Translations under genes and position numbers: made by a program | From: Cycas panzhihuaensis | Lineage: Eukaryota > Plantae > Cycadophyta | Length of the DNA: 64,000 nucleotides | Assembly: GCA_023213395.1 (NCBI GenBank) | Contig: CM041465.1 | Coordinates: forward strand, 81,971,741-82,035,740 | Direction: 5' to 3' | Notes under the pieces: generated by a model | Databases searched by the model: none | Told to the model about the DNA's origin: nothing | Seen by the model: the letters and a program-made list of their open reading frames with translations, nothing else | In this document: piece by piece, positions 41,181 to 53,427 of the stretch | Position numbering within the stretch: position 1 is the stretch's first letter | Layout of the letters: each line of letters opens with the position of its first letter

Positions 41181-43154
41181 GCTTACATGTTATAAGTGCC
41201 AGTATACAAGATGAAGACATAAAGACTCAAGATCAAGATTCAAGGATATTAAGCATTATGGGGGGGTGTTAAAACATAATGTTTAATGTATACATAATGT
41301 ACACATGCACTTCCATTCACCTACTTCAAGATATATGAGATGCACATATATTGATGTTATCCCACTATTGGATGATATAAATGCTCATCAGATGTGATAG
41401 GTTACCATGAGGTGATTAGCACTATATATTTGTACTCTCACCACTTTAGAACTTAAGAAAATAGAGAGGAGAAAGATGTAATCATTATAATCATAAGCAG
41501 AGTCCTAACTCCACTTTCACCTATGGTTTTTTCCATACTAGTTGTTCCATGTATAAATCTTAGTGTCCATCTTATGGTGATGATTATATTTGGTAATGTT
41601 TGCTTTACATGTTTGATGTTTTATACTCATGAGCTTATATTATTGCATCTTCATACTTTTAACATAAATTAAGTAATTTAGGCTCTTTGAGTTTATCAAT
41701 TGTTAAATCTCAAGATTGGTTTACTCGTAGAATACATTTAGTCTTTCTAATTTTGGTTTGGTTAAAGTTGGATAACCCCATTTTGTTTGGTGTAATAAAA
41801 GGTTTGATAAAGATAAAATTTACTCACTTGGATTATTGTTGCTTTTCATATCAAAGGGTTCTGCTACCAGATCCTTGTGGCCTTTGAATCTACACTTTAG
41901 TTATCCTTTGTCATCATTGTCCAACTTTTATTTTAGTTTTAGGTAATCTTAGTTATACACTTCCACCTAGTTCCATTTTAAAGTTTAATAAATCTCTTCT
42001 TTCTTATTCATGCTTCTAGTCTCATTTTGCCAAATCTTAAAATTAGCCTCATCCTACAAGAGATGTAGGATGGATTATTTGGTGAAAGTAACCTCTAAGT
42101 AGAGATATTACATGGTTGAGAGGATTCGTAAAGCAAATGGTAAGCATTTATAAGATACATGAGAACAAACTAAAGTGTGCACTTTGTGATGTTATATTAC
42201 AATTCAATCTTAGTTCTTTCAATTCTTTTGACAATCCCATGAAGCTCTTATTTACTCAATGTTACTTAAATATGAAGCTTTAAGAGAAAACAAGCTCACA
42301 TTTATCCACGACTTTATTGATTAAATGAAGGTGAAGCTTACCCAAGTTTTTCCCGAATTCCTTAAAATAGAAGTAAGCTACCTCTAGGATTTTAGCCATC
42401 AAGCAAAAGAATGATTCTTTAATCCATGATCAACACATTATCAAGCATATGTTTATAATATATTTTAGAGACATTTTTGCTTCATCTATAATGTCTCTAG
42501 AGAGGGTGGATGCTATGGTTGAGCATTTGAAGGTTATTCCCTCTAAAGAGGAATTGTAGATATTTTGATACACCACTTATGTAAGAAGAACATAAGGGTG
42601 TCATTTTAGTTGATAGAAAAGGATAAAGCTCCAAGTGAGGATAGCCTAATAATTAAATTTTATAAGGCCTTTTGAAATGTAACTAGGCATGAATTTTTCC
42701 TCAAGCCTTAAGAAGCCTTAGTTATTTTAGGTCTTGGCTCTCATTCAAATGGTATAATCAGTAAGTTAATCCCCAAAGAGGATGCAAACCTTTGTGTCAT
42801 TAGGGGATAGCTTCCTATTTCATTACTTATTATATTCATAAGATTTTGGCCAAAGCTCGCACATCACATCAAATTTTCTAAATCATTTGCTCAAAAAAAG
42901 TAGTTTTATTAAAGGATGGTATATTCTTGACAATATTTTATCATTGTGGGAATCTGACATTGGGTATGAGAGTCTAGGCAGTATTTTTTATTGCTCAAAC
43001 TTGACTTTATTACTCAAACTTGATTGTGAGAAGGCACATGATAAAGTTGAATGGGACTTTTCAATTTGGTTAAAGCACTTTTGCCTAATGGAAATGCTTG
43101 TATTAATATTAAGGGTCAAATGTCCTCTCCTACTTGTCTTCATTATTCAATCCA

Positions 43155-43280
43155 ACAAAGGTGCCTATTAGCTCCTCTTTTATGGGGATGACTTTCTAAC
43201 AAGGGTGTCTATTAGCTCCCCTTTTATAGGGATGACTTTACAACAAGGATGCCTATTAGCTCCACTTTTATGGGGATGAC
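43155..43280. repeat. ~44-bp tandem triplication within the LINE RT
   Basis: CAA(A/G)G..GCCTATTAGCTCC.CTTTTAT.GGGATGAC occurs three times. Confidence 0.9.
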
Positions 43281-46200
43281 ACCTTTTTCTTTTAATAAGG
43301 AGAATTAGGTTAATGGTAGACTTGGATTATTTTTTTCTTCACTTTTAGATCCTCTATATCTAAGGATAACACCTCTTATTGCTACTTAAATTTTGATGTA
43401 ATCCTAGCTTGGATTATAGAACTTAGATGGATAACTCTAAATAATGGTCAAGTTTTTTAATCTATTAAATATTCCTTTTGGGTTTGATATTACTCCTTCT
43501 CTTATATGGGATTAGATTATAGGCAAATTTATTTTTAAAAAATAGAATTTTGGTCCCTCCAACATTTAGCTTTAGTAGGTCATTTACAAGTAGTGTTGAA
43601 GAGCTTGCTTGTGCTTCATGTTTGTTATTCATCCTTTTAATGTAGAAGACCTTATTTGTGCTTTATATTTATTATTCATCTTTTTAGTTTCCTTCAAATC
43701 TTGCTCATAAGAGATTTCTTTCTTTAGTAAAGAATTTCATATCAATAAGAACTATTGATAAATGAAGTATTCAAAGAGTTTGGTGTAACATTTGTTACTT
43801 ACTTATTAATTAAGAAGGCTTGGGTTGTATTTGTATTAAAAGAAAGTTAATAAATTAGTGACCAAGTTCTTATTATAACTTTTGTAAGGCAAGGAATTGA
43901 GGAAGATTCTCCTCCATTTTTTAATATAATCTAATCTTCCTTTAGAACTTAAGTTGTAGAAGCTTCTCCCAGTACATCAATGATTGCTTCTTTATCCCAT
44001 TAAAGTTGAAATTAATGAGTCCTTAGTTTTGAATTCTATTTGGAATGATTGGTATACTAATAAAAACCTTCTTTAGATGGGTAAATCATTAGATAATAAT
44101 TCATTAGTGGAGAAAATTTTCCCTAGGGTGGTCCCACTAAATTTTTATTGGTAATAAGTACTTTATACTATATAATCCTCAATTTACCAAATACTATGAA
44201 AGGAAAAGTGTATGCTCCATAAATCATTTGTTGAATCCTTCATTGAACTCATTCTTAGATTAGCAAGATTTTATAGAAAAATTTAGTCTTCCTTCTATTA
44301 TCCTAACCTTATATCTTCATTTTATTAATTTGATTTGTAATTCCTATAGCTACTTTTATAAGGTGTTATCTTCAGAGCTTGAGGGTATACTAATTTTGGA
44401 TTATAGAGAATCTATTTTTATGTTTCTTAGTTTAAAACAACATACGCTTTACCCATGGCTCAATTAAGCATTGTTAAGTGGCTCAATAAATATTTGAAGC
44501 ATCAAGATTCTTTTGAAGTCTAGATTGATCATTGCATTTCAATATGGCATACTGAGATAACTTTTAAGAAGCATCTTTTTTGTTAACTCACTTTGCATAC
44601 GCCTTTGATGGTAGTGAATCATCAACCCAAAGATAATTTCTTCATTAAGCAATAGAAAGATGTTATGCATTTATTCTATTTTTTTTAATTTACTTTAGCT
44701 ATTTGGTTATTTAGCCAAACGAGAACTACAATACTGTGGTTTGCTTAATTTGATATCCATGTAGTATTTTTTTATAATATCTCCATATTTTCCAAGTGCT
44801 TCGTAAAAGTATGGCATGTTCTCAAAACTAAGATTATGAAGAAATTATAGAACACTTAAAATTTCATCATTTATGACTATAAAGATCCTTCCTTATTTCC
44901 CACTTTCTCTTTGAATTAATGCCTTCTCTTGTGTTATAGATGAAGGCCGCCTAAAGGCTAATGCACTTGTTATGAACATGTTTCACAAATTGTTTGATAG
45001 TGTTTCATCCTTTTAGGTACATGTGATTTCATTTCTCTTCTAATAATGGTTATTTCTTATTCTCAGGGACGTGGTTACATGCCTTCTATGGTTCATGTGA
45101 TTCAAGCATATCACTATGGTCCATTGGGCAACAATTGCTCAAACTAAGTTGGCATCAACTACCATCAAATGAGGATTTTCTAGTGCTTCCAATACCTTCA
45201 ACAATTACCACAATCCTTATTATTACCACTCTTCTCGTTGTACCTATGATTGCTGCTACAAATGTGGTTTTGGTTTCTACTGTTGTTAAGGAAGAATCTA
45301 GTGATGATGATGAACTAAGTGCATAAACCCACCCATCAATAAAGAAAGTAAAACATGGTTAAGTTCTATACTAGTTATGTTATTTTGTTGATTGTTGTTT
45401 TTTAGCTTTTTCTAAGTGGCACTTCTATTTTTGGTTAGTTCATTTTGGGAGACTCTATTATGGAATATCTTGCATTTTAAAGAGACACCTTATTGTACAC
45501 ATATACTTTAAATAACCTCCTTGATATATACCTTTGTTTAAAGTATTATTGACCCAAATTTTAGTTATATTTCAAGTAAAAGAAAGAAAAGAATCATGGA
45601 TAACCTTTGATATTATAATCCTTAGTGTGGCATGAAAAGTATATGATAGGGACGTCCAAGTAGGTATTGTTTAAACTTGTAATGGTCCTCATATTAGATC
45701 TAAATGTGGTCTTGAGCATTCGTTAATACGTGTACTCAAGCATAGGTCCTAACATGAGGTCTAGGGGCTAATTATTAAGAGGCTTTTTCTAAACATACCC
45801 AAAGGTTTGGCAATAGCTTGGCATTACAATGGAAGATGGAGACACTTGATCCATACTAATTTTTGGCATTAAATTATTTTCAAAGTATCCTTTTTATTAT
45901 TTGGCTAACTACTAAAATATTTATTGTAACTTCAAATATTATGTACGCACTCCTTATTATACGTTTGTCTTTACCATGGAAAAGGTCAAATACAACGAAG
46001 TCATGGTGCAATTACAATCCTATTTTAAAGAATCATATTTTAATGTTTGGTGCTCCTTTTCTCTTTTACTATGGAAAAGGTTGAATACATAATGATAGAT
46101 GAAGTCATGGTGCAATTACAATCATATTTTAAATAATCATATTCTAATTTTTGGTGCCCATTTTTTGTATGAAAGTTAAAAATACCCAAAAATTCTTAAT

Positions 46201-46366
46201 TGTTTTGGTTAGCGATGAAATTTTAATGTGTGATAATTAATTATTTAAAAAGAAAAATAATTTAATCAAAATAATTTTACTCGATCATGGCAATAATTAT
46301 AATTGTTATATGTTGGCAATGATATTACTTTTATTAATTAATTATTAATTAAGGAGCAATTGTGAA

Positions 46367-46512
46367 TTGACGTAACTTTTGCTAAAGAGAGGCAAATATG
46401 GTTTGATTTATCGCAAGGGGGGAGAGCAGAAAAGTGAAGTCAAGAACGCTCTCCCATTTCTGTATCGCACACGTAGATTGACCATGAAACTCCACACTTT
46501 GATTGTATAAAA
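46367..46512 (+). promoter_or_regulatory. Candidate promoter of the germin-like gene
   Basis: TATAAAA at 46506, ~50 bp before ATG 46558. TTGACGT (46367), CACGTA (~46470) and W-box TTGACC (~46478). Short motifs, function inferred only. Confidence 0.45.
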
Positions 46513-46557
46513 TATTAAAATGCCGTGCCGTTGATTCAAGTATCAGTGAACTATTCA

Positions 46558-47155
46558 ATGGGATGGAGGATTATGTATTTGGTGACAGTGTCAGCGGCTA
46601 ATCTGAGTGCCCATGTGTTAGGGGACCATATAATTCTACAAATTGCAATCACCATACCATATAACTCCCGATTCTGCTTCACGTCCATCGCCATTTAGCA
46701 TGCAGCTGTCTACTGCAGTGTTAGCGTGAAGCAGGCAACAACTGCAGGGTTAGCAGGGACTGGCACTCGCTCGCACTGATTTGGCAAAGGACGGAATCGT
46801 TCCTCCGCATAACCATCCAAGAGCCTCTGAGCTTGTATTCGTGCTGCACGGAACCATCGTGGTGGGCTTTGTCGACACAAATCAAACGCTCTTTCTGTAA
46901 CTCTCCAACCGGGAGATGTGTTCGTCTTCCCGAGAGGGCTCGTGCATTTTCTTCAGAACGTCGGCCCTACGCCTGCTACAACCATTTCTGGCCTCAACGG
47001 CCAGAATCCCGGAGCTTCTTCTTCCCGCCACTCTCTTTGCTTCCGTCCCTCCCATTCCTTCCGCCGTCCTCCAAAAGTCTTTCCAGATCAATGACCAGCA
47101 AGTCGCCAATATTCGCAACGATGTTCTCAATATTCTCAAGACTCTCGCCGGATAA
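46558..47155 (+). pseudogene. Germin-like protein (cupin), frameshifted
   Basis: Signal-peptide-like MGWRIMYLVTVSAANLSAHVLG; CNPPYHITPD; [41 protein letters not shown] (germin box) / fs / [21 protein letters not shown]...SGLNGQNPG / fs / [21 protein letters not shown]...LAG*. Confidence 0.92.
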
Positions 47156-49453
47156 CCAAGCTCTGCTACATCTTTATTCTTCTTCTTCTTCGCGTCTTTT
47201 ATCATATTCAGCATATGTATTGCATCGGGAACATGGAGATTATAGCATCTTTGTCGTGTCACTAATGTTTGTAGTAAATAAGTCAGTGGTGGAGTGTCAT
47301 TTGCCATCCACCAATTTCTTTGGAGTCTCTACGCAGTTTGTCTCGTGTGTTCATCACAAGTGGTCGCTTAGTGGTTGTTAAGCACCTAGTGTATTCACTA
47401 TGTGTGTATGTAAATACACCCGTTCGAATAGAGAGAGAGTGTTCACATGGGTGTCTATAGATACAAACATACAGCCATTGGTTGTGGTTAGTAGTAGATG
47501 TGTGGAGGTTGAGGGTAAGGTAAATTTGTAATATGATAGGAATAATTTGTAATATTATAACATGAATAAAATATTTTAGTTTCATTATTTTTATTTATGA
47601 TATTTACATAATATGTGCATGCATATATACCGTGCATAGACACAATATAATGCACATTACATATATGTTTTCACTAATGTGCTTCCATAATGCTATTGCA
47701 AAATAGACTAATGCAACGTATACACGATATACATTGCATAATTCACTATGAATGTGTATAAGAAATGTAAATAACATAATATACATGTAATTTTTATGTA
47801 TGGTATTTATATACAATCTATAAATGTTGTGGTTAGAAGGTATGTTTAAATAAATTTGTCAATAGTATTTATGATTTTGTACATAGACAATGTATACAAC
47901 AAAGGTGTATATAGTAGATGTTCTATACATAATTTGTAGAAATATATATTCTTAAAATCATGTCATGTCTATATAATGTATACATGCCAATTTATATGCA
48001 ACATGCAAATAATATATGCATTCAAATAATAGGACATGTGATTAGTTGATGCAAGGTCCTATATATGCAATAGAATTATGTCATCATTTCAATAAACATT
48101 AAAATATTTTGTCATTAGTATATATAATTCAGATATTATATATAATGTATACAAAGAAAGGTATATTCTATATTTTAAATGTTATATACACAAATTATAA
48201 AAATTTATGTGACTCAAATGATATCATACATATGCAATGTATATATGCCAATATATACATAAATGAAGCACTACACTATGTTTTTATTTTATATAGTATA
48301 ATCCATTATGAATGCTTATAACGAATATGAATAGTACATCCGCTGTAGTTTTCCATATATGGTGTTGTATCCAAAATGTGTATGTGTTATGGCTATAACA
48401 TGTATTTAATGTATATATTTCTATACTATATATGTTTCTACATATTCATTGTCAATACAACAAAGGCAATTAGTGGTTATGCATATTAGATGTTTCATAT
48501 AGAATTCATAGAAACCTATTTTGTATATACAAAATATATAAGTCAATATATACAAGAGGCTTAATACTCAAACGCACATGTTATATATATGACAATCTAT
48601 TATAAATATTTCTAAGAAATATAAACAAGTATATTTTATTTAAAATTACATTTTTGCTATAATAGATATACAATATTCATTAATATTATTTTTTGTACAA
48701 TATTCAATAATTATACACATGTCCTAGCCATAAAATTCTTGTATAAGTTTCTATATGCTTCAGCCTCTAACGAACCATAAGCAAAATATCCATTCATTCT
48801 TACATTGTTACAGAAAAAATGGAAGCCAAATTATGCACTAATATTTGGGAACCAAAACTCCACCAATGGATTACAGTCTTTAGTTTCTTTGACCAGTCAC
48901 ATTAGTTCTCGATGCATATATTCTTTCATCTTATTTGACATAAGAGAGCATTCATGTTGTTGTTGATATGAATAATCTCTCTTTCATTAATGGCAATGTC
49001 AACAATCCATGTACTTCCACCAAATCTGCAAGATTCTCTAAAACATAATTGACACTGGAATTATTGCTAGAACAAAGGATTTAAACAAGAATGTATGTTT
49101 TATATCAATAAATGTGTTGCATTCTAGTTTTATATGCTCCATGCTTGAAGAATGACACAATTCAATTCTATCATGTACTATATAGTATTTTGAGGTAGAA
49201 GCAGCTTTGGTTGCAGATATTCTATTAGCTATTATTTTTACTTTCTATATAGGATGTTTACATAAGTGTACTATAAACGCTCTACTTTGAGATTGACTTT
49301 TTTAATTTGGTTTTTATTTTTGCTCTCCTTAAGGTTGTTTTTCTAAACATTTATTACATGCTTCTATATTTCAATAAAATTTTTAGTAAGTATGCATAAT
49401 ACGTGTTACATATATATGTTTTTTATTTATCTTTTTTCTTCTAATTATATACA

Positions 49454-49456
<3 letters not shown>

Positions 49457-49497
<41 letters not shown>
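49457..49497. repeat. (TTA)n microsatellite, ~13 copies
   Basis: Direct inspection. Confidence 0.97.
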
Positions 49498-52400
49498 TTG
49501 ATTACATATCTTTTTCAAAATGTTTTGGCAATATATATTTTTTCTATAGTTCCTAAGGCATGTTTATGTAAAAGTTTATTTTCTTTTATATTTTCTTTAA
49601 TTCAAATTAAACTGCAAATATACATGCATCATACATGCATCCTAGACTATTTACAAGAGTTATACCAATTTTATTCATATTTCCACTACTTAAAATATAA
49701 CAAATAATGTCATGGTGTTAACTACAATAACATTTTCTATAATCGACATTCTTCAATTTTTCTTAATGCTATATATGCACCCTTTTCAAGTTTAGCATAT
49801 CGATCATAGTCAAATGACGGGGATATATGAATGTAATGTAACTCTTTAATATGAGAGACTGTAGTGAATGTGAGTCCTTATCTTTCTACCCTCCCAATGT
49901 TGATAATTCCTCTAACAAGAGTAAAACCCTGTGACTTGTGAATAGTTAAAAACCCATGATAGTCGCAGTGACAACTGACGCCTTCGAGATCTGACTATAG
50001 ATGCAATGGGTATATATCTTAGTTGGCCAACTATCTAAGGCCGACCATTATAGTTATCAAATTCTACAACAATAAATGTTGGCAACTTAAGTGGATATAT
50101 GCCATCCATATACATAATTCTTTGAACACAACTAAGTACATCATTCATAAGTCCATGTTCAATCCATAGGTTTGCTATCAACATGACTTAAGAACCAACT
50201 GCAAGTAGTATTTATGCATCTAATTCATTCTCAGCGGCATCGTATGCATTCTTATTACGATTTTCTTTAGCATGGATTCATGCAACATGAGAATTTAACT
50301 ATTTCTATATCTTTTTTTATGAGTAAATACTTCTAAATTTATTCCACAAAGTCATAAATCTCTATCAAATTCTAAATTCTCATCACTAGATTTTATTGCG
50401 TATGTTTGTTCCATCACTAAGTCCTAATCTTCAAAGAGTCAACAATGTATCTTTGATGTTTGTCAATAATGTTAATTGTACAATAGAAGAACTACTTCTA
50501 ACCTATTAAAATAACACATTTAAAACTACATATATCTAAAATTGAACCCATAGGAATTGATCGACTATTATTGTTGCATATATCGATCACCATAACATGT
50601 GGAAGTCAGGCAAAATCACTAATAATAATCATGGACTTGTCACAACAATAAAGAATATATTAGTTTTATATTTTTTATTTTTAAATTATTTATATAAACA
50701 ATGGACAATTCAAAATACTAAAGAAGGATATTAAATCCAAAGAGAAGTACCTGTCACCAAAAATAATGTCTTTCTGGTCAAGAAATACTTCTGAGAACCT
50801 TTTATCTATATAACTCAATAACTTTGGTCCTATAATACTCATCTAATCTATAAATATGTATTGCACATATTTCATTTTTTCCTGGAATGATATTAGTTGG
50901 GACCCATTTAACTCTTTCATTTCCTTTTCTGAAATTCATAATGATAAATGGATTATTATAGCTCCAATGTTAAATGTTACAATTCTAGTTGTTGCCATTA
51001 TGAGTAACAGACATCTTCTTATATTTCTAATTATTAAAAAATAACCACATAATACTTTTATCAAATATTATTTTCTTATTCTAACAATTCCTATAATAAC
51101 CATATGAATTGGTGGCTCTTGTCCATTTGACATATGATATTGTACTATTCAGTTATATGTTGTTCATTGCTTTGTAGAAAGTGTGGATACATCTATTTTA
51201 GGGAATTCAATAGTGCTTCTTCCTATAAGCATGCTTCTCTCCCGAATAAATGTAGTTTTCGATTTTATTATTGTCATGTGTACTACACTTAACGACTAGT
51301 CAAATGTAATGTCAAAATCTCGTCATCAAAGGAAGTTAACATCTGATGAATTATTATTTACTCTAGGCCTAGTGTAAACAACATCTCCTAGTCTATTTCA
51401 TTATGTCTTTGAGTTCTTCATTCTATCTCATCTAGTAATTCATCATTAGAATCAGTAAAAGGAATCTAATCAACATGCCAAGGTTGATATCATAATAGTT
51501 ATCAACATTTAATAATTATTTCTCTATCTAATCCTATATCATATTCATAACTCCTGAATTATTTGTATAACACCAATTAAAACCAATAGATCTCAAGAAA
51601 TTATTCACCACCTACAACTCTTGGAATTTCTTTATATCAAGGGAATACAAAAACAGTAACATATCTACTTCTTCGCTCCCAATGCATGTCATTTCTTCGC
51701 CAGTTAAACCTCAGAGACCATGTCATATTGATGAGGTAGATATACTTCATCTTATTATGTCTTACTCTATATAAATCTGTGAATGAAACTATAGGTAATA
51801 ATACATCTCTTACTAAAACTTATTTGTAGACTTTTCTTCCAACATTCAAGGACACAAATGGACGACTACACTCTTAAAGTGGTAATTATAGCAATAGGTG
51901 ATATGTTTCTTATGCTCCTATATCACGATCAATGATTATGTCTAAAAGGAACCCCCTATATACTACTAATACACTACCTTCTAGGTTAGCAAACAATGTA
52001 ATTCTCGATAGCATACCTCTATAACTCTCAAATTTCTTTTCTATTCTAGAAGTATACTTTATAATATATCTCAACAATGTTTGTTTTGACACAACAGGCT
52101 ACCAGTCCACGTTTGCCTGCTAACTCTATAAAACATTTTTATTATGATTCAATCTATCATCATTTCTCTATGCTTGATACACTCTATGTTTGGCATCATC
52201 AATATACAACCTAGATTATTTGTCGGTAGGCCAAGTTGCATTATGTTGACACACCTCTCTACTACCTTTTTTGAAGACAACTACCTACTAAATAAATAGT
52301 GTGCCTTTACACTGCACTTAATAGCTCCTTATAATCATCATTTGGATATATATCAAGTATTTGTATAGACAATGCAAGGTATGGATGATGACTTTTAATA

Positions 52401-53427
52401 TGTCATACATGGATCCTCAGATGTGAATTCTGTGCATCTACAATTCTTTCAAAATCATATCACATCTTCGTTATTATCCCAATTTAAGGATAATATATTA
52501 GGTACTCCTTCGAACTGCAAATCCCATGGACATGTGCTGACCCATAATGCTACCACTTATAATGACTCCAATAATCCACCACCAGAAATGATTGTGGTAA
52601 AATATTATCTTGAAGGATATTATTCCTAGCATGTATAAACTATGCCACAATATGTGTGTAATTTATAATATTATTCTTCCTCCATTTAATTAAAACACCC
52701 CCTCTGCCTAGACAAGCAATAGGCACTAAAGCATACAATTCTGGCCATTTCATATTAGTTCCAGTAAAGGTTAAAAATATTATTGGGTAGCCTAACTAGT
52801 GAATCATGTCCATTAACTTTGTACAACACTTATTAAGGCTCTTGTACCTCTCAATGTTGCTCTAAATCTCATTTTATTTTCAATAATTTACCTTATTAGC
52901 TCCATTCTCAAATGATCCCTCAATTATTCTAGCATTGTCACTTCTATATTTCTTTTTATAAAAATAGATGTTAATTTCAAACTCTGATGTCTCATGATCA
53001 TGTTTAGTATAAAGTATCTGAACCATGGATGTTTACCAAACCAATTATCTCAGAATTTGAATAAGTATTTTACATATTCATATAGACAGACTGCTTTTAT
53101 CTAAGGTTGTAATCAATCTATCGCTCCTTTAGTGAATAGAGTATAAAAATACATAGCAAATATCCCTTCTATTCTATATTCATTTATGAATGCATTATCC
53201 AAGTTAGGTTAGGTATTAACATCCTTCTCATGTTAGTTATTTTCTTCTGCCCATTCTATAATTGCATCTAATTCATGCTTAATTCTAGGTGTTCTACATG
53301 TAAATGATAAATGGTGCAAGTCAACACATTATTGATTATATGTTTTACTTATTTCATGCTTCTTTTTAGATTCATTCAATTATATCTATATATACCATAG
53401 TCTAGATACAACATCTATTGTATCCTC

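Larger units (their letters stand above)
38052..41664 (+). mobile_element. Non-autonomous copia-type LTR element (3.6 kb) with captured gene fragment
   Basis: LTRs at 38052-38453 and 41267-41664. Perfect TSD TAAAT (38047-38051 / 41665-41669). PBS CGGTATCAGAGC (tRNA-iMet) at 38454. PPT G7 at 41260-41266. No intact pol. Confidence 0.93.
37750..45000 (+). mobile_element. Degenerate L1-type LINE ORF2 (endonuclease + RT), interrupted by the LTR element at 38052-41664
   Basis: ILV(G)DLNT, resembling the APE GDFN motif, at ~38007. RT motifs KDKAPSEDSLIIKFY (~42620), PISLL..IHKILAKA (~42815), FIKGWYILDNI, LKLDCEKAHDKVEW (~43015), QGCLLAPLL (~43245). Ends uncertain. Confidence 0.8.

Noticed and set aside
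46833-47381. 182-aa (+) and 141-aa (-) ORFs as standalone genes
   Set aside because: Shifted-frame and antisense shadows of the germin-like sequence.
48800-49250. Coding-like patch in the Helitron 3' region (RPA/OB-fold?)
   Set aside because: No recognisable motif in the frames I read; needs an HMM search.
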